Source of the DNA: Octopus sinensis
Taxonomy: Eukaryota
Assembly (NCBI RefSeq): GCF_006345805.1
Contig: NC_043005.1
Span: 97,650,001-97,714,000 of the forward strand
Length of the DNA stretch: 64,000 bases
Direction of reading: 5' to 3'
The notes beneath the pieces were generated by a model. The model worked only from the letters and a program-made list of their open reading frames with translations. It ran no database searches and was not told the DNA's origin. The translations under genes and the position numbers were made by a program. Shown one piece after another: positions 26,341-39,900 of the stretch (position 1 is its first letter; each line of letters begins with the position of its first letter).

Positions 26341-27399
26341 TTCTGGAAACACTGCGTGTGTAGATAAGTGCACAAACAAGCATTTCACCCAATCTCCTAT
26401 CCTATTCCTCAACACCAGTCCAATTCACTCGTTAGCATCCATCATCCAGTAATTATTGCTCTCTTCTACTCATTAGTGATCGTTACCCAACCCCATTGAA
26501 CCACCAAATTATCTCCCCTCAAGCACCATGTCAGCCTCTCCCTGCTACTTCTGCATCTTACCCATCTTCATGTCATCTTTCTCCTGCTGACTGCATCATT
26601 AATTACTATCACTATCTTGCTGTGCTCCTCTGCATCCCATCCAGCACTCCCACAGTTACCCTTAAACACTACCTAATCTTTATAGTCGCTGCCAACCTTC
26701 CATTCCCCCATTTCTTGCAATACCCCACCCCTTCACACCTACTCACCTTATACCATGAGGGGCCACCTAAACTTGCAGCTCTTGATCATTTTCACCCTCT
26801 GTTCTAAATGTGAGTAGCCATGAAGCTCCCCTACAAGAAAGAACCTGCTCTCTCATACTTTAAACCCCACTTCGCATTGCATAAAACCTCTCCAAAGGGT
26901 TTTGTAGTTTTGTGAGCTGTACGGTGACCTCATTAGTACCAGAGGGATGAAAAAAGCACCCAGTGCATGCTGTAAGTTGGTTGGTGTTCAGAAGGGCATC
27001 CAGAAACCATGCCAAAGCAGATAATGAAGCCTGATGTAGCCCTTGGACACATCAGATCCTGTCAAACCATTCAACACATGCTAGCACAGAACATGGATGT
27101 TGAATGAGAGCGACAATGGTTAATTAAAAGGAACCCTTTTAATTAATCCTACAATTTTTCAAATAAAGGACTATCATAAAAGAAACAAACTTGGCTTGTG
27201 TTATGATGATCAACTGAGAACAGTGTGATAAATATATACTTCTATAACAGTTCAAAACTACTTACTTAGATGTGATCAGTTAGTGACCCATGAGAATGCA
27301 ACCACAGAAAACGTTAACTATGTCAGTTAAGTTGAAAGGACTGTTACCTCTCATGATGTCAAAGAGGTTCTTTCAGTCTCTCTCTTGTGTCAGGGCATA

Positions 27400-27830
27400 T
27401 TCATGCTGTAGACGAATAATGGCTTGTTCCTCCTCCATTTATTTCTGTCTCTTGCAACACCACCCAGGACTTTCTCACTTTGCACGTTCATTCTCTTCTT
27501 CGTCCAGTTGAACATCTTCATTCTCTGCCTTCCTCTCGCTCTCCTTCCCAGCAGCTGTCTCCACTGTGTAACGCTCCGTTCTGTCATCCTCTCTGAGAAA
27601 ATGACCAACTGTCCCTCTTTCTGATGGTATCCATCAACTGTCTCTTCACTTTCATCTTCTTCAACGCTTCCATATTCGTCACTCTCTCTGCACCCATGAG
27701 ATTCTAAGCATTTTTCTGTACAACCACATTTCTGCAGCTTTGAGTTTCTTTTCACTGACTTTGTTTATCGTTCAAGACTCACATCCACTTTCAGTGGAAA
27801 GTTTATATTACAATATCTACCATCACAGGA
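27400..27830 (-). mobile_element. RTE-like LINE C-terminal fragment
   Basis: GCES*TINKVSEKKLKAAEMWLYRKMLRISW...GRRARGRQRMK...ARDRNKWRR. Confidence 0.85.
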
Positions 27831-30599
27831 GCTGAAATTGATATGTAGCATAATATGAATTTGAAAAAACAAAGAAAGCAGTCAACTAGCAAAGCCATTT
27901 AAGCTTTGGATAAAATGTCTTGTAATATTTGTTCTGACAATGCACTGTGTTCAAATCCCACTGAGCTCAGCTTTGCTTTTCATCTAGGGTGCTGGATTGG
28001 TAGAGCTATTTGAGTATCAGACGAAATGCCTAGGGCTCTCTGTTCCAGCCCTACTGCATTCTGACTGCAATACCTGCAATGATACTGCTAAGCTGTATTG
28101 ACCCTAAAGCAGCAATCTTTCCTTTGGAGGACACGAGTGATGTGGAGACTTGCATGCATGGACAACTGCCAGTTTTCCACACACAAAATAAGAGCAGAGA
28201 AAAGAAAACTTGCCCAGAACTGAATATACAGATGCAGATACATGGTCAATTAACTGACAGAGGTCTCGGGATGAGTTTCAAAGAAAGGTACTGCAAACTG
28301 AAAAAAATCATTTGATATCAAATGGAAGGTTTTATGTAAGTCAGAAATGACTACTATTATTTTAACATCCATTTTTCTATGCTAGATCGAGTCAATTTTT
28401 GCAACTAAATGCTCTTCCTATCAACAGGAAGCTAAAATTTCCTGTAGTCCTCTGCACTACCACATCATATGTAAGGATGGTGATCTGGCTTTCAGGCAGC
28501 ATGCAAACAACAGCAAGACAAGCAGAAAACAAACATACACATATTCAGTGGGCTTCTTACAGTTTCCACCTACCACTTTCACTCACAAGGCATTGGTCAG
28601 TTCAAGGCCATAGTAGAAGATACTAGATTGCAATGCTACACATGGGAAACAAACCCTAAACCTTGTGGTTATGAAGCAAAGTTTTTCGTCACACAGCCAG
28701 CTACTAATGAATCAATAAAAACTGGAAAATACTGATATTTGATTTACATGTAAAAAGATACTTAGAATGAAGTATTAAGTCCTTTTAGAAATGAAAATAC
28801 CATGCAGTAAAAACTGGATGGTAGTTTATCTAACACATATGAAAGGCAAGGCCTGTTAACATCAATGTTCATACAAAATTTAATGCCAAGTTGTAAGACA
28901 GGTCCTTGATACATTAGCTTTTTACGTGGACTGGACTTCATCATCATCACCACTGTTTAACGTCCGCTTTCCATGCTAGCATGAGTTGGACGATTTTGAC
29001 TGAGGGCTGGCGAACCAGATGGCTGCACTGGGCTTCAATCTAGATCTGGCAGAGTTTCTACAGCTGGATGCCCTTCCTAACGCTAACCACTCCGAGTGTA
29101 GTGGGTGCTTTTTATTTGCCACCAGCACAGGGCCAGTCAGGTGGTACTGGTAACAACCTCGCTTGAATCTTTTTACACATGCTACCGGCACAGGTGCCAG
29201 TAAGGTGACATTGGTAACGATCACGCTCGAATGGTGCCCTTTTACGTGCCACGGCACGGGGGCCAGTCAGGCAGTACTGGCAATGACCTGTGTTATCAAT
29301 TCTTTAAGTTCCAATGTTCTCAAGCCTTATTTGATTGCCTCTTCCCAGATCTTCTATAAATTCATGCTCATATCCTTTCATAGCACAAACTCAGAACACC
29401 TGTCATTTCTCAAATATACACCTGCCCTTACCTCAGATGTCTTACCACCTTAAGTCACAGCATGCATAGAAAACCTTACAAATACTTCATAAACTTTGCC
29501 CCTTGCTCAAAGACCTTACTACTCAACCTCCTTCTTTGGTTAATTATATCATCAAGACAGGTGATGGTCGTTTAGAGAATGCGCTAGCTAAGACTAAGCA
29601 CCTTCACTGGTCAGTTAAGGTGAGACAGTGTCACGTGACAACTTGCTGGGTCTGCCTGCTGGAGCCTAGTGGCAGGTATTTAAAGGGAAAAAATTTGACA
29701 AGCCAGTCAGTCACCGGGTGACGATACATCGAAGAGGCCAGGGAACAGAAGAAAGAAGACATGCACCCAACACCAGAGCTGCAGACACCTCCGAAAGGGG
29801 GGGGGACCCGCCATGTCAAAACGGTATAGGAGTAGGGGCTGAAACTGGACGTGGTTCCTCCTGATGTCTTGAGCTAACTGGATCCTATAAAGGAGCTGTT
29901 GTGGTAGCAGACCACAAAACACGGTTGTAATTCCTCTTGTCTACAACTGTAAAACTATTTGGATCATTTGAGTGTCCTCAAATACATGCCTACTCATGTT
30001 GCCTGTTGTTAACCCAGTGCAGACAGTGTGCCCAAAGTTATGCTCTCCTACTCAACTCACCAAAATTCCTACATTGCATGTAAATCCATTATATGCATTA
30101 GTTACATAGTATTAAATTCTTTCTCATACCTTTACAGTACAGGACCACTTTCCTGTTGCAACTGGACATTTGCTGACCCTGCCACTAATAAATACTTTTG
30201 GCTTGCTTTGTCACTTAACCTTCATTATTTACAAATGCAAAAAAAAAAAAAAAAAGATTAATACATTATTAGCACTATTATACTCATTTTTTCATCTGGT
30301 ATGCAAGCTGAAAGAGTTACATGGGTAACATAAGAAATGGTTTAGTCAATAAGTGTTTATAGTATCTTTACTACACATAAAGTCAAGCATGATCACATTA
30401 TCAGGACAATCAATATAGCACATGTTGTAGACGTGAACTGCCCATCCACTGAACTATTATATTATCAACTAGTCAGCCCCAGCAGCTATATTAAACTGGT
30501 GTCTAGGTCACAAGTAATTCACTGCAGAAAATTGAAATATTTTAGACATGGGCACCAAAAAAAAAAAAAAAAATGCTATCCGAAATTTAACCAAAAGAA

Positions 30600-33500
30600 C
30601 ACATAAATGCGAGGTTATTTAACCCAACCATTTAAAACCATAATCTAAAATTACTAAAATATATCTTCACGTGTCCTTCCCTTTGAGCGTCTAATTTCTG
30701 TCTCATGACAGTAATCAGAGGAGAAATCTGGTTATTGAGGGATGCCAATCTTTAAGATGGAGATTTTTCTGTTGCAACCAAGTCGTGTAGGCTGGACAGT
30801 AAATATCAACGATTTTATTTTAATAATAATGTGATAGAAATAGGGAACAACATTTGGGTAGGAAGTGAAACCTAACTTTTTATCAACTCTTTCAAGATAA
30901 TGGTCGACGACAGAGAAAAGAAAAAAAAAAACAGATGAGAAGCTGATGGGAAACAAAGTTTGTAGATGACAGAAAATCTACAAAAAGTTGTGAGAAATGA
31001 AAAAGAGGGAGACAGACATTGTTTGAAACATTTTTGAAAGAAGGAGTAAGAATATTATTATTATAAGAAAATAAATTTGTCGAAGAACAATTTCACTTTA
31101 TGTTTTCACATCCACATAACGGAACGAGACAGACAATAAGAGAAATAAGGGCCGTTTACTTTAGACAGGTATCACGAAGAGAGATTTATGGAAGGGAAGC
31201 GAAATTATTGAGGCGTTCGTGAGTCCTCCCCTCCTCCTCCTCAAGGGCCATCATCGAACGTCAAGTGGAATGGAAAGAGAAGCAAGAATCGAAAGAATGG
31301 AGTCGTTGATTCGGCCAACACACAAACATAAATCGAGTCACTCTATGGCGATAAGAAAAGAAAAAGGGGAAAAAAAAAGATGAACGACAATGGAATGAGG
31401 GGAAGTGTGTCCGTCCGTCCGTCCCTTTATCCAGAAATTTTGGATTTTGTGTGCGTGTTTTTGTTTAGGGATATTCAACGTGACTGACGGAATGGATTAG
31501 CTTTTATCTCGCACAGACTTGACCAATATTTAATGCCAAAAACAATAAATGTGTGTGTGTGTGCCAGAGAGAACGCCAAAAACGAAAGGGGGGACGACGA
31601 CAGAGGAGCTGCTGGAGTGATGAAGATGGAGACATTTATTTTGACTGAGACAGGCACAAAGAAAGCAAAAAGAAAAAAGGTAAAATGTCTATTTCGGCTC
31701 TGTAAAGAAAAAAAAAACTTACAACACTATACTTTCAACAATACAGAGATACAAACACATTATATATATATATATATACTATAAACACTAACAAACATAC
31801 TGGAGGCACACGAGTCGGAAGAACATGCGAGAAAGAGGGTAGAAGTAGAGAAAATGGACATTAGGATAGACCCATACACACACAATACTTAAAGACGAGA
31901 CCACCTCCACCCTGAAGATTTATATATATATATATATAAATATATATATATAGATATATAATATATATATATATATAAGGTTACGGCAGTGACACTTTCA
32001 AGAGAAGCCAAATACTATATTTTCATGTGTCGGTTTTATTTTATGGTATGCCATAAAGCGTGTGTGTAGAGAGAGGAAGAGAGAGAGAGAAAATAAGGAA
32101 GATAACATGGATCTTACAACAGAACAATCAAAAAAACTTATTTTTGACAGACAGAAACACAGGGTTGTATGTACTCCGCAAAATATATAATATTTCCGAA
32201 AATTTAGACAAAGAAAAAGCTACTCTAAACATAACATTCAGAAAATAATAAATATTGAATAAAACTGGTTTTTACTTTCTTTTTTTTTTTTTTTTTTTTA
32301 AAAAAAATGGAATTCTGAAACAATAGGTTTCAGGTTTTAGGATGAGGAAACATGTTTACAGAATGGAACACATTTGAAATTGCGAAAAGAATTACGAACA
32401 GGGACATGTCTCTCAACATACATTAATTTCAAAACAGTTCCTATATATACTCACACACAGTAACGTTTACAAAACACATTTACAACTTTATATAACATCA
32501 GATTCTATTCTAACACCATCTTCAGAAGAATTAAAGTAATAAATATGCTTAATCTTTCTCCATAGCACTTGGGAAACTTCATAAACAGACGCAGACAAAA
32601 TTGTTCCAAATTCCTTCTAAATAGAAATTTAATTACTTTGACAAAAAAATAATGTTCCGGAGATTAAAAAAGAGAAACGGGGGAAAAAAATAAACACTGA
32701 AATATCTTCCTGAATTTTAATAATGTCCGTTGAAATGTAAGGAATGGATTATGCAGGAAAGCATATAATAGACTTTGGAGTATATAGAGGCAGAGAAACT
32801 TGTCGAAGACAATCACCCATTAAATATGAGGAGAAGAGTGAGAGAAGACAACACAAAAGACTGAATTAAACGACTAGAAATCTTCCTATAAAACCCATTT
32901 TGATCATTTGTGTGTGTGTCTAGTTTTGTTTAGACGATGAGATGTGATTCTGTATAATAAATATCAATAGATTTTGTAATACAGGAGAGCAAGTGGTTGA
33001 TTATTATACACAGAATGTGTTATATAGCGGCTTAAGCGTGTGTTTATGCATCTAAGTGTATATATATTGAAACGAGTGCGTGTGTGCTGTGTAGATACGA
33101 GAAACCATGTTGTTGAAAAGAGTTTTTGACAGATGAGAAGTGGAAGAGAAAGATGGATAAAGATTGAGAGAGAGGGGACGGAGTCTTGAGTCTAACAAAG
33201 AGCAAAAGAGATCTCTCCTTTTAATGGCACATCTGCTTTTCAATACTGCACACACATTTAGCGGTTCCATGAATACACATACTGTGTGCACGCATTATAT
33301 ATATGTGTATATATGAAAGGAAAAGGTGTTCAGAATGCTGGATGGTTGGAAAAATATAGATTTATTTACACCAAGAAATAATATGTGATATGTAAATAAA
33401 TATATATTTTTACAAACATCCAGCATTCTGAACACTTTTTTTCTTTCATAGGTATTAAATGTGTACATCACCCCCAACACTTTTAACACACACACACATA

Positions 33501-34015
33501 TATACACGCACGTGTACGCATATATGTTAGAGAAAGGAAGCGAATAAACGATGTTACATAAACATACACACAAAAGACAAATGTAGGTTTATAAGTATTT
33601 ATATGATAACTGAAGAGAGAAACTCTAAATGTAATACGGAAACCAATTTGTGTATTAAAATGCGTTTAAAGAGAATAAAACTGAGAGAAGAGACAAGAAA
33701 ATGAATGTTACGTTTTCGTATGAATAAAGGAAATGGCTTAAATTTGCTTGTTTATTCAGCCAAGCCTCATGTGTCAATTTATATATTAGCGATGACAATG
33801 TGGTATTTGGTGGGTTTCATTGTAGAAGAAACAGAATCAGACGATGAAGAAAGCTAATTCGGTGGATTGGTTTGAAGAAATAACAAAAACACGGATGAGA
33901 GGTTTCAGCGGATATTTGTAGGAGTCATTGGAGAAGAAATATTTTTTCATCGACTTCATTAAATACATATATATGGTACGCATGTATGTATATATATAGA
34001 TATAGATATGGTATG

Positions 34016-34075
<60 letters not shown>

Positions 34076-34900
34076 TAGATAGATATGATATGTATATATA
34101 TATATATAGATATGATATGTATATATATATATATAGATATGGTATGTATGTATATTTTTATTCGAAGCGGAAGATTCACTCCGTGTCATACATAAAAAGC
34201 TTCGAAAGAATAATCTGTGCTTCCAGTAATTTTTTTTCCTACCAGAAAGTCGACCTAAACGGATAAAGATATATTTTGTGTTTCCTTCTCCCTTCCTTGC
34301 CATATTTCTTCTTCTTCTCCTTCTTCGGGGTGGATAGAAAATTGTCGCTCGATTTATAACATCTATAATTGCACATCAATGACAGGGTTTATTATTATTA
34401 TTATTTTTTACGGACAAACAAAAAGCAACAAAGACAAGAACCGGACGACCGAAATCTGGTGAGAAAAGAGAAAGAAGAAGCGGCAGCAGATACAAATAAC
34501 AGGTCTCCTTACCTCCCTAAATAACAGTTTAGACATAAGATTCCCGCCATTTATTCGACTGCATAAAGCCGCCATTTGCTTTGAATGATGATCATGTGAC
34601 CACCAGATGTCGCTGCTGGCTCAGCGGGCAACAACAACAACGGCGACGACGAGGTTAGCGAAAGGCAAGGAATCGCTGCATGCCGGTACTTAGCAGCGCC
34701 GCACTGAATGACATCCTTCCACAGACGCAGTTACTGCAGCCTTTTTTTATGTTTTTTTTCTCTATAGCATATATACATCTGTATCTCCAAATGCAGAAAT
34801 ATAATTTTGGGACTTCTTCGAAAAATATAAATAAATTATTAAGTGTAATTTTATGCGATGAAAATATTCCTTTCTGAAATAAATATTAACAAAGCGTTTC
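30600..34900. promoter_or_regulatory. CpG-retaining, TE-poor zone: probable unmethylated promoter and first-intron domain
   Basis: By eye, CpG is much more frequent than in the flanks. Two YY1-like CCGCCATTT motifs at ~34545 and ~34570, M-box-like TCATGTGAC at 34592-34600. Not computed. Confidence 0.55.
34513..34575 (-). CDS. Candidate first coding exon of an unidentified host gene (MAALCSRINGGNLMSKLLFRE, phase 0)
   Basis: AAATGGCGG start context, 21 open codons, GAG|GTAAGG donor, at the edge of the CpG-rich zone. Could instead be a 5'-UTR exon or use the second ATG. Confidence 0.45.
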
Positions 34901-36309
34901 TCAATGAATCCCCCTCCTACTCCGTCACTAATCAATATCATTTATTAAATTGATATTCTTACTTTTGAAGGCATGAAGATCACAACTTCGTCACATTTCC
35001 CTCCAACATAACTCATAATTTCCTGTTTATGCAACAACTGGAGTTTTTTTTCTCCTTTTTCTTTTTGTTCCTGTCTTGGGGTAAAAAAATAAATTAAAAA
35101 TATAACAAAAAGATAAAAACAAACTTTCTTACCTGAATCTCTGAAATTATTTTCCTTTAGCTTTTAGCATCTGCAGACAATGGCATATTTGCATTATATT
35201 GATGCTTGGTTTTATTTATAGATGCTCAAAAATCTTGGGACTGATAATTTCCCCCTTTTCTTGTACCAATGTCACATTTCTTTTGCCTCCACATTCTTGT
35301 TCAAAGCTGCTTATTAACATCAAGAATTGTTACATGCACTTTTCGGATTAATACCGGCACCAGTTTTATAATATCACAATGCCAAAGAAACTGCTACATA
35401 AACACTTGATCCAGCTGCCAAATTGCCCTCAAATCACAGCCAAAAAGGACCCGTTAAATATTGTGGTCCTGAATGTGGCTGAGAAGATGGGAAGATCATA
35501 TTTGGAAGATCTTTCTCCACAATCAGCTCAATTAGAGTTGACCTGAAACTAAACAACAACAAGCATAATTTTTTTCCTCTTTTTTTTTTGCTATGAGTAC
35601 AAGGTATGAAATTTCAGGGGAGGGTGGCTGGTCGATTACATTGACTCAGATTCTTGACCGATATTTATTTTATTAACCCTGAAAAGAAAAACTCATAACA
35701 TAAAGCCAGAAGAAATGTTGCTTGGCATTTTGACCAGCCTCCAAATGATTCTACTACTTTGCTTCCTTATAACAACTATGATTTCACGTTGAAGCACGTA
35801 AAATCAAAATCAAACTCAGTGACTGGCATCCGTTGCTAGTGGAGTGTGAAGAGTACCATATGAGTGAGATCGTTGGCAGAGCAACAAGCTGGCCTTCATG
35901 CCGATGGCACGTTAAACACACCATTCAGGTGTGATCGTTACCTGCGTCACCTTACTAGCACTTGTGCTGGTAGCACGTGAAAACATTCGAGTGAGGTCGT
36001 TGCCAGTGCAGGTGGCACATAAAAAGCACCATTTCAGTGTGACCGTTGCCAGTACAACCAAACTGGCCCTTGTGCCAGTGGCATGTAAAAGCACCCACTA
36101 CACTCTCGGAATGGTTGGTGTTAGGAAGGGCATCCAGCTGTAGAAACTGTGCCAGATCAGATTGGAGTCTGGTTCGCCAGACCTCAGTCAAATCATCCAA
36201 CCCATGCTAGCAGGGAAAGCGGACGTTAAACGATGATGATGATGAATATCAGGTCCTTTATATTCTATAGACATAGCTGTGTGTTGAGAAGTCCACTTTG
36301 CAACCATAA

Positions 36310-37600
36310 AAGTTGACTGAAAAGTTCATAAAGTGACCAAGATACTTTCATGGAATGTGACCGAATGAAGCTTATTTATCAATAGTGCTCTCCACACACT
36401 AATTACATCAGTGTTACTGTGCTTAGATCTCATTGGTGAAGAAGCTTTCATTCTGTTGGTCAAAAAAAGTCATCAACAGTGGATATGACATTATCATCCT
36501 TGTGATACTGGTTCCTAGCCAAGTGTTTTTTTTTTTTTTATATGTTGAGGAATAAATGATAGTCAGATAGAACCAGATCAGGAGAATAGGGACAGTGACC
36601 AACCAGTTCTAAGCCACAGCCATGCACAGCAGCCAATGAAAGCAAGGACTTCTGTGCTGGAGAATGGTCCTGATGAAACAAAACACCTTTCATCAGTTTT
36701 CCTGGTCATTTGGTCTTGATAGCTTTCATAATTGCCTCAGCAAGTTGGCATTATATTCTCCATTGATGGTGCGGCCCTTTTGAAGATAGTCAATAAACAC
36801 AAGACTTTTTGCCTCCCAAAAAACTGAGGCCATCACCTAACCTGCAGATGAAATAATTTTGGCCTTCTTTGGAGCAGGGTGTTTGCTCTGCATGCATTGT
36901 CTCTTTGTCACTGGCTCAAAGTGATGGAGCCAACACTCATCCTGGTTTAGGAAACACCTGAGGAAACCTACTGGATCTGTCTCAAACAACGTCAGGTCTT
37001 CCTGTGATGTAATCAGCTTAGTGCACTTTTGATAAGGTGTCAGAAGACATGGTGCCCACTGAGCAGAGAGAGGGAATGGCTTGTTCACCAAGCTGAGTTC
37101 ATTGTGCAGAATATTCTCAACTCTCTTATGAGATGTGTTCAAACATTTAAATTTAATTTGTCAAAATATTTTCGTCGCTTTGAGACCGCGACCTGTTCAC
37201 TGACAGAATTCCGTGCTGCATCTGACAAATTAAATTTAAATGTTGAAGTGAATCTAACGGTTTTTGTGTGTTTCTTAAATGGCTTATAAACAAACACCTT
37301 CCATGCTGCAATTGTTTATTAACTATTTGATTTATAGTCAATTGCCTGTCATCCATCACCCTGTGGTGAACATAATGTTTTCCTCAGTGGTTCCAGGTTG
37401 TTCAGACCTTTGGTCACCTTCAAGACTCACTGTTCCCCTTCTAAATTCAGCTTCCCACTTTTGCATGGTTGATAGAGCTGGAGTGTCATACCCTAATATA
37501 GCAACCATGTCAGCATGAATTTTGTTGGGGGATAAATCCTTTTTCTGCAGGTACTTGATTACACCATAATGTCAAATGTTGTCCATTTCCAAGAGAAGTC
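36310..37600 (-). mobile_element. Decayed mariner transposon, interrupted by a short repeat at 37143-37317
   Basis: ORF 36837-37142 SAQWAPCLLT...FLNQDECWLHHFEP..KRQCMQSKH..PKKAK. HTH region IKYLQKKDLSPNKIHADMV...KW.AEFRRG. Confidence 0.85.
37143..37317. mobile_element. Second copy of the 3330 repeat with its hammerhead-like part inverted
   Basis: Reverse complement of 37143-37222 matches ~3330-3411. From 37223 the sequence matches 3391 onward in direct orientation. A 21-bp segment is duplicated in inverted orientation. Confidence 0.85.
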
Positions 37601-39569
37601 ATAAATAGTTACTGACAACTACAGACTGTATTAGTTAGCTCCAGTTGTGAACCACTTCAGAAATACATTAAAAAATGTATCTGAAATTGTGGAAGGGCCA
37701 ACTTGGATTTTGCCAGTACATTCCAATGTACAAGGTTTGACATCAAAAGTTATGAATTCTGTAAGAGTGGGAATAGGTATGTGTATGCTTTATCATACAC
37801 ATTGGATTCACTACTGAATACGATGTGAATGAAGGTGGCTAAGGTGAGAAAGTTGCTTATACCTTGATTGAACCATTTTTAGGTAAAAAAACTAAGTTAT
37901 TCCTGGCCAGATTTTTCACTACTAGCCTTACCCAGGCCTTATCTTTATTAGAAAAGAAAACTTTGGTGGATCAGAGGTAGAATGTTTGCCTACCATAGGG
38001 GCAGCCCGGATTCATTTCCCAGCTGATGTACCACATCTTTTTAAAGGTAATGTTCCAACATGGCCCTAGTCATTGGCTGAAACCTGTAAAAGACAATAAA
38101 AGAATATGTGTATTGGGCACTGTAAATAAATACTGGGTTGGCAGGCCAAGAGATGCTTCACAAAGTTACTGGGAGGGGAAAAATAACATCAAAGTATATC
38201 ATTTCAAAGACAAAAGGAATATAACCATGCTAATCACAATGTATGGTAACTGCTTTGATTTGGTGGGTGGAGCAGCTGAGGTCACAGGGGAATGCATTAG
38301 GAAACTTTGATGCTTTATAATTTATACTTATAATTTGCAAAGAGCACCATACGAGTGTGATTGTTGACAGAGTGGCTAACCAGCTTCTGTGCCAGTGGTA
38401 CATAAAAGGGCACCATTCAAGTGTGATCGTTACCAGCGCCGCCTAATTGGCACTTGTGCCTGTGCTAGTAGGGTGCCAAGAGCACCATCTGAGCATGATC
38501 GTTGCCAGAGCAGCCAACTGGCTTTCATGCCAGTGGCACATAAAAGGGCACCATTCGAGCGTGATTGTTACCAACATCGCCTTACTGGCACCTGTGCCGG
38601 TGGCATGTGTAAAAAGATTCGAGTGAGGTCATTGCCGGTACTGCCTGACTGGTCCTCGTGCCAGTGGCATGTAAAAAGCACCCACTACACTCTCGGAGTA
38701 GTTGGCGTTAGGAAGGGCATCCAGCTGTAGAAACTGCCAGATCACGATTGGGGCCTGGTGCAGCCATCTGGTTTGCCAGCCCCCAGTCAAAATCATCCAA
38801 CCCATGCTAGCATGGAAAGCAGACGTTAAACGATGATGATGATGATGAATAGTTGTATAGTTGGTGTTGCTTTATGTAACAATGTTATTCTTGCATATCC
38901 AAGCAAAAAAAACAAACATTTAGAAGGGTTTTTTTTCCATATGCTTGATATCACACTCTGCAGTACTTCTGTTTCTTATATATATATACTTTCCTCTTTG
39001 AAATGATTTGCAAAATAACTGAAGAAAATCACAAGCAAAATCTGTTTTCCTCCGGAGGTCATCGATCTGTAGAAAACCCCCCTGCATCTGGCAGAGAGGC
39101 ATTTCCTTTTATCAGTACCTTCAACTGACTAAAAAAAAACCAAAAACAAAAACAAAAACAAAAAGAAAACACGCCTCAACTAAAGGATGTAAAGTGTATT
39201 TAAAGAATGTTACATGGAGAGGAAGTTATTATTAATGTGTAGACTATTATGTGGGATTATATGTCAATCTATGTTTAAAAATATTTCACACACAAGTGTG
39301 GCACGTAAAAAGCACTAACTGATCGTGGACAATGCTAGTACCTGCTGACTGGCTCTTGTGCAGGTAGCACGTAAAAAGCACCATCTGAATGTGATCGATG
39401 CGAGACCCACCTGACTGGTTCCTGTGCCAGTGGCACGTAAAAAGCACCAACTACACTCGTGGCCATTTGCGCTGTTTCGGGGCCTACCTCTCGACGGCAT
39501 CAATGCGCACCGGCCCCCCTCACTGATATGAGGCCCCACTTGCTAGATCAGCTGGTTATCGAATAAAGC

Positions 39570-39900
39570 TCAATATTCTTCTAACCATCGCTCATCGTCT
39601 CTTTTTAACCAAATCCAGTGGCTAGCCTTCTCCACTGTAGTTTGCTTTACGATGAGTTAGGCCTAACGATAACAACAGTTGTCTCATTAACTCTGTTACC
39701 TAAATAAACCATTACTTACTTAAGTTCTTCAATCCTTTTAGAGGAAAGTCCATCAATGACTTTTTATCACTGTTCTCAACCTCTGGGCTGTCTTTAATGT
39801 ATGGTCTTGTTGTTTTTGAATTCTTTGATATTTCTTCTGTAACTTGGATTTTTTTCTTTTTATGTAGTGCTGTCAACCCTTTTCAAACCCATTTTTATTC
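39570..39900 (-). mobile_element. HERO-like RLE non-LTR retrotransposon, 3' fragment
   Basis: Minus translation with frameshift LSLGLTHRKA..VEKASHWIWLKRDDERWLEEY*. Confidence 0.6.

Noticed and set aside
27783-27831. 49-nt exon-like segment with TTTCAG| and |GTGAGT
   Set aside because: The donor is the GGA TGT GAG TCT (GCES) coding sequence of the LINE fragment. At most an exonisation candidate.
28080-28300. Minus-strand segment with an acceptor, a CAG|GTATTG donor and one open frame
   Set aside because: The strongest acceptor gives stops in all frames, and the alternative frame has no recognisable homology.
33925-34303. YI-, HT-, CV-, RE- and poly-M-rich ORFs here and at 46.5, 47.9, 53.0, 60.3 and 60.9 kb
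   Set aside because: They are translations of TA, CA, GA and GAT microsatellites.
35131-35170. Strong CAG|GTAAGA donor upstream of the putative first exon
   Set aside because: The nearest acceptor gives stops in all three frames. Possibly a non-coding exon but unsupported.
38920-39135. Possible terminal exon of a second minus-strand gene
   Set aside because: Several short frames are possible, none is recognisable, and I found no upstream exons.
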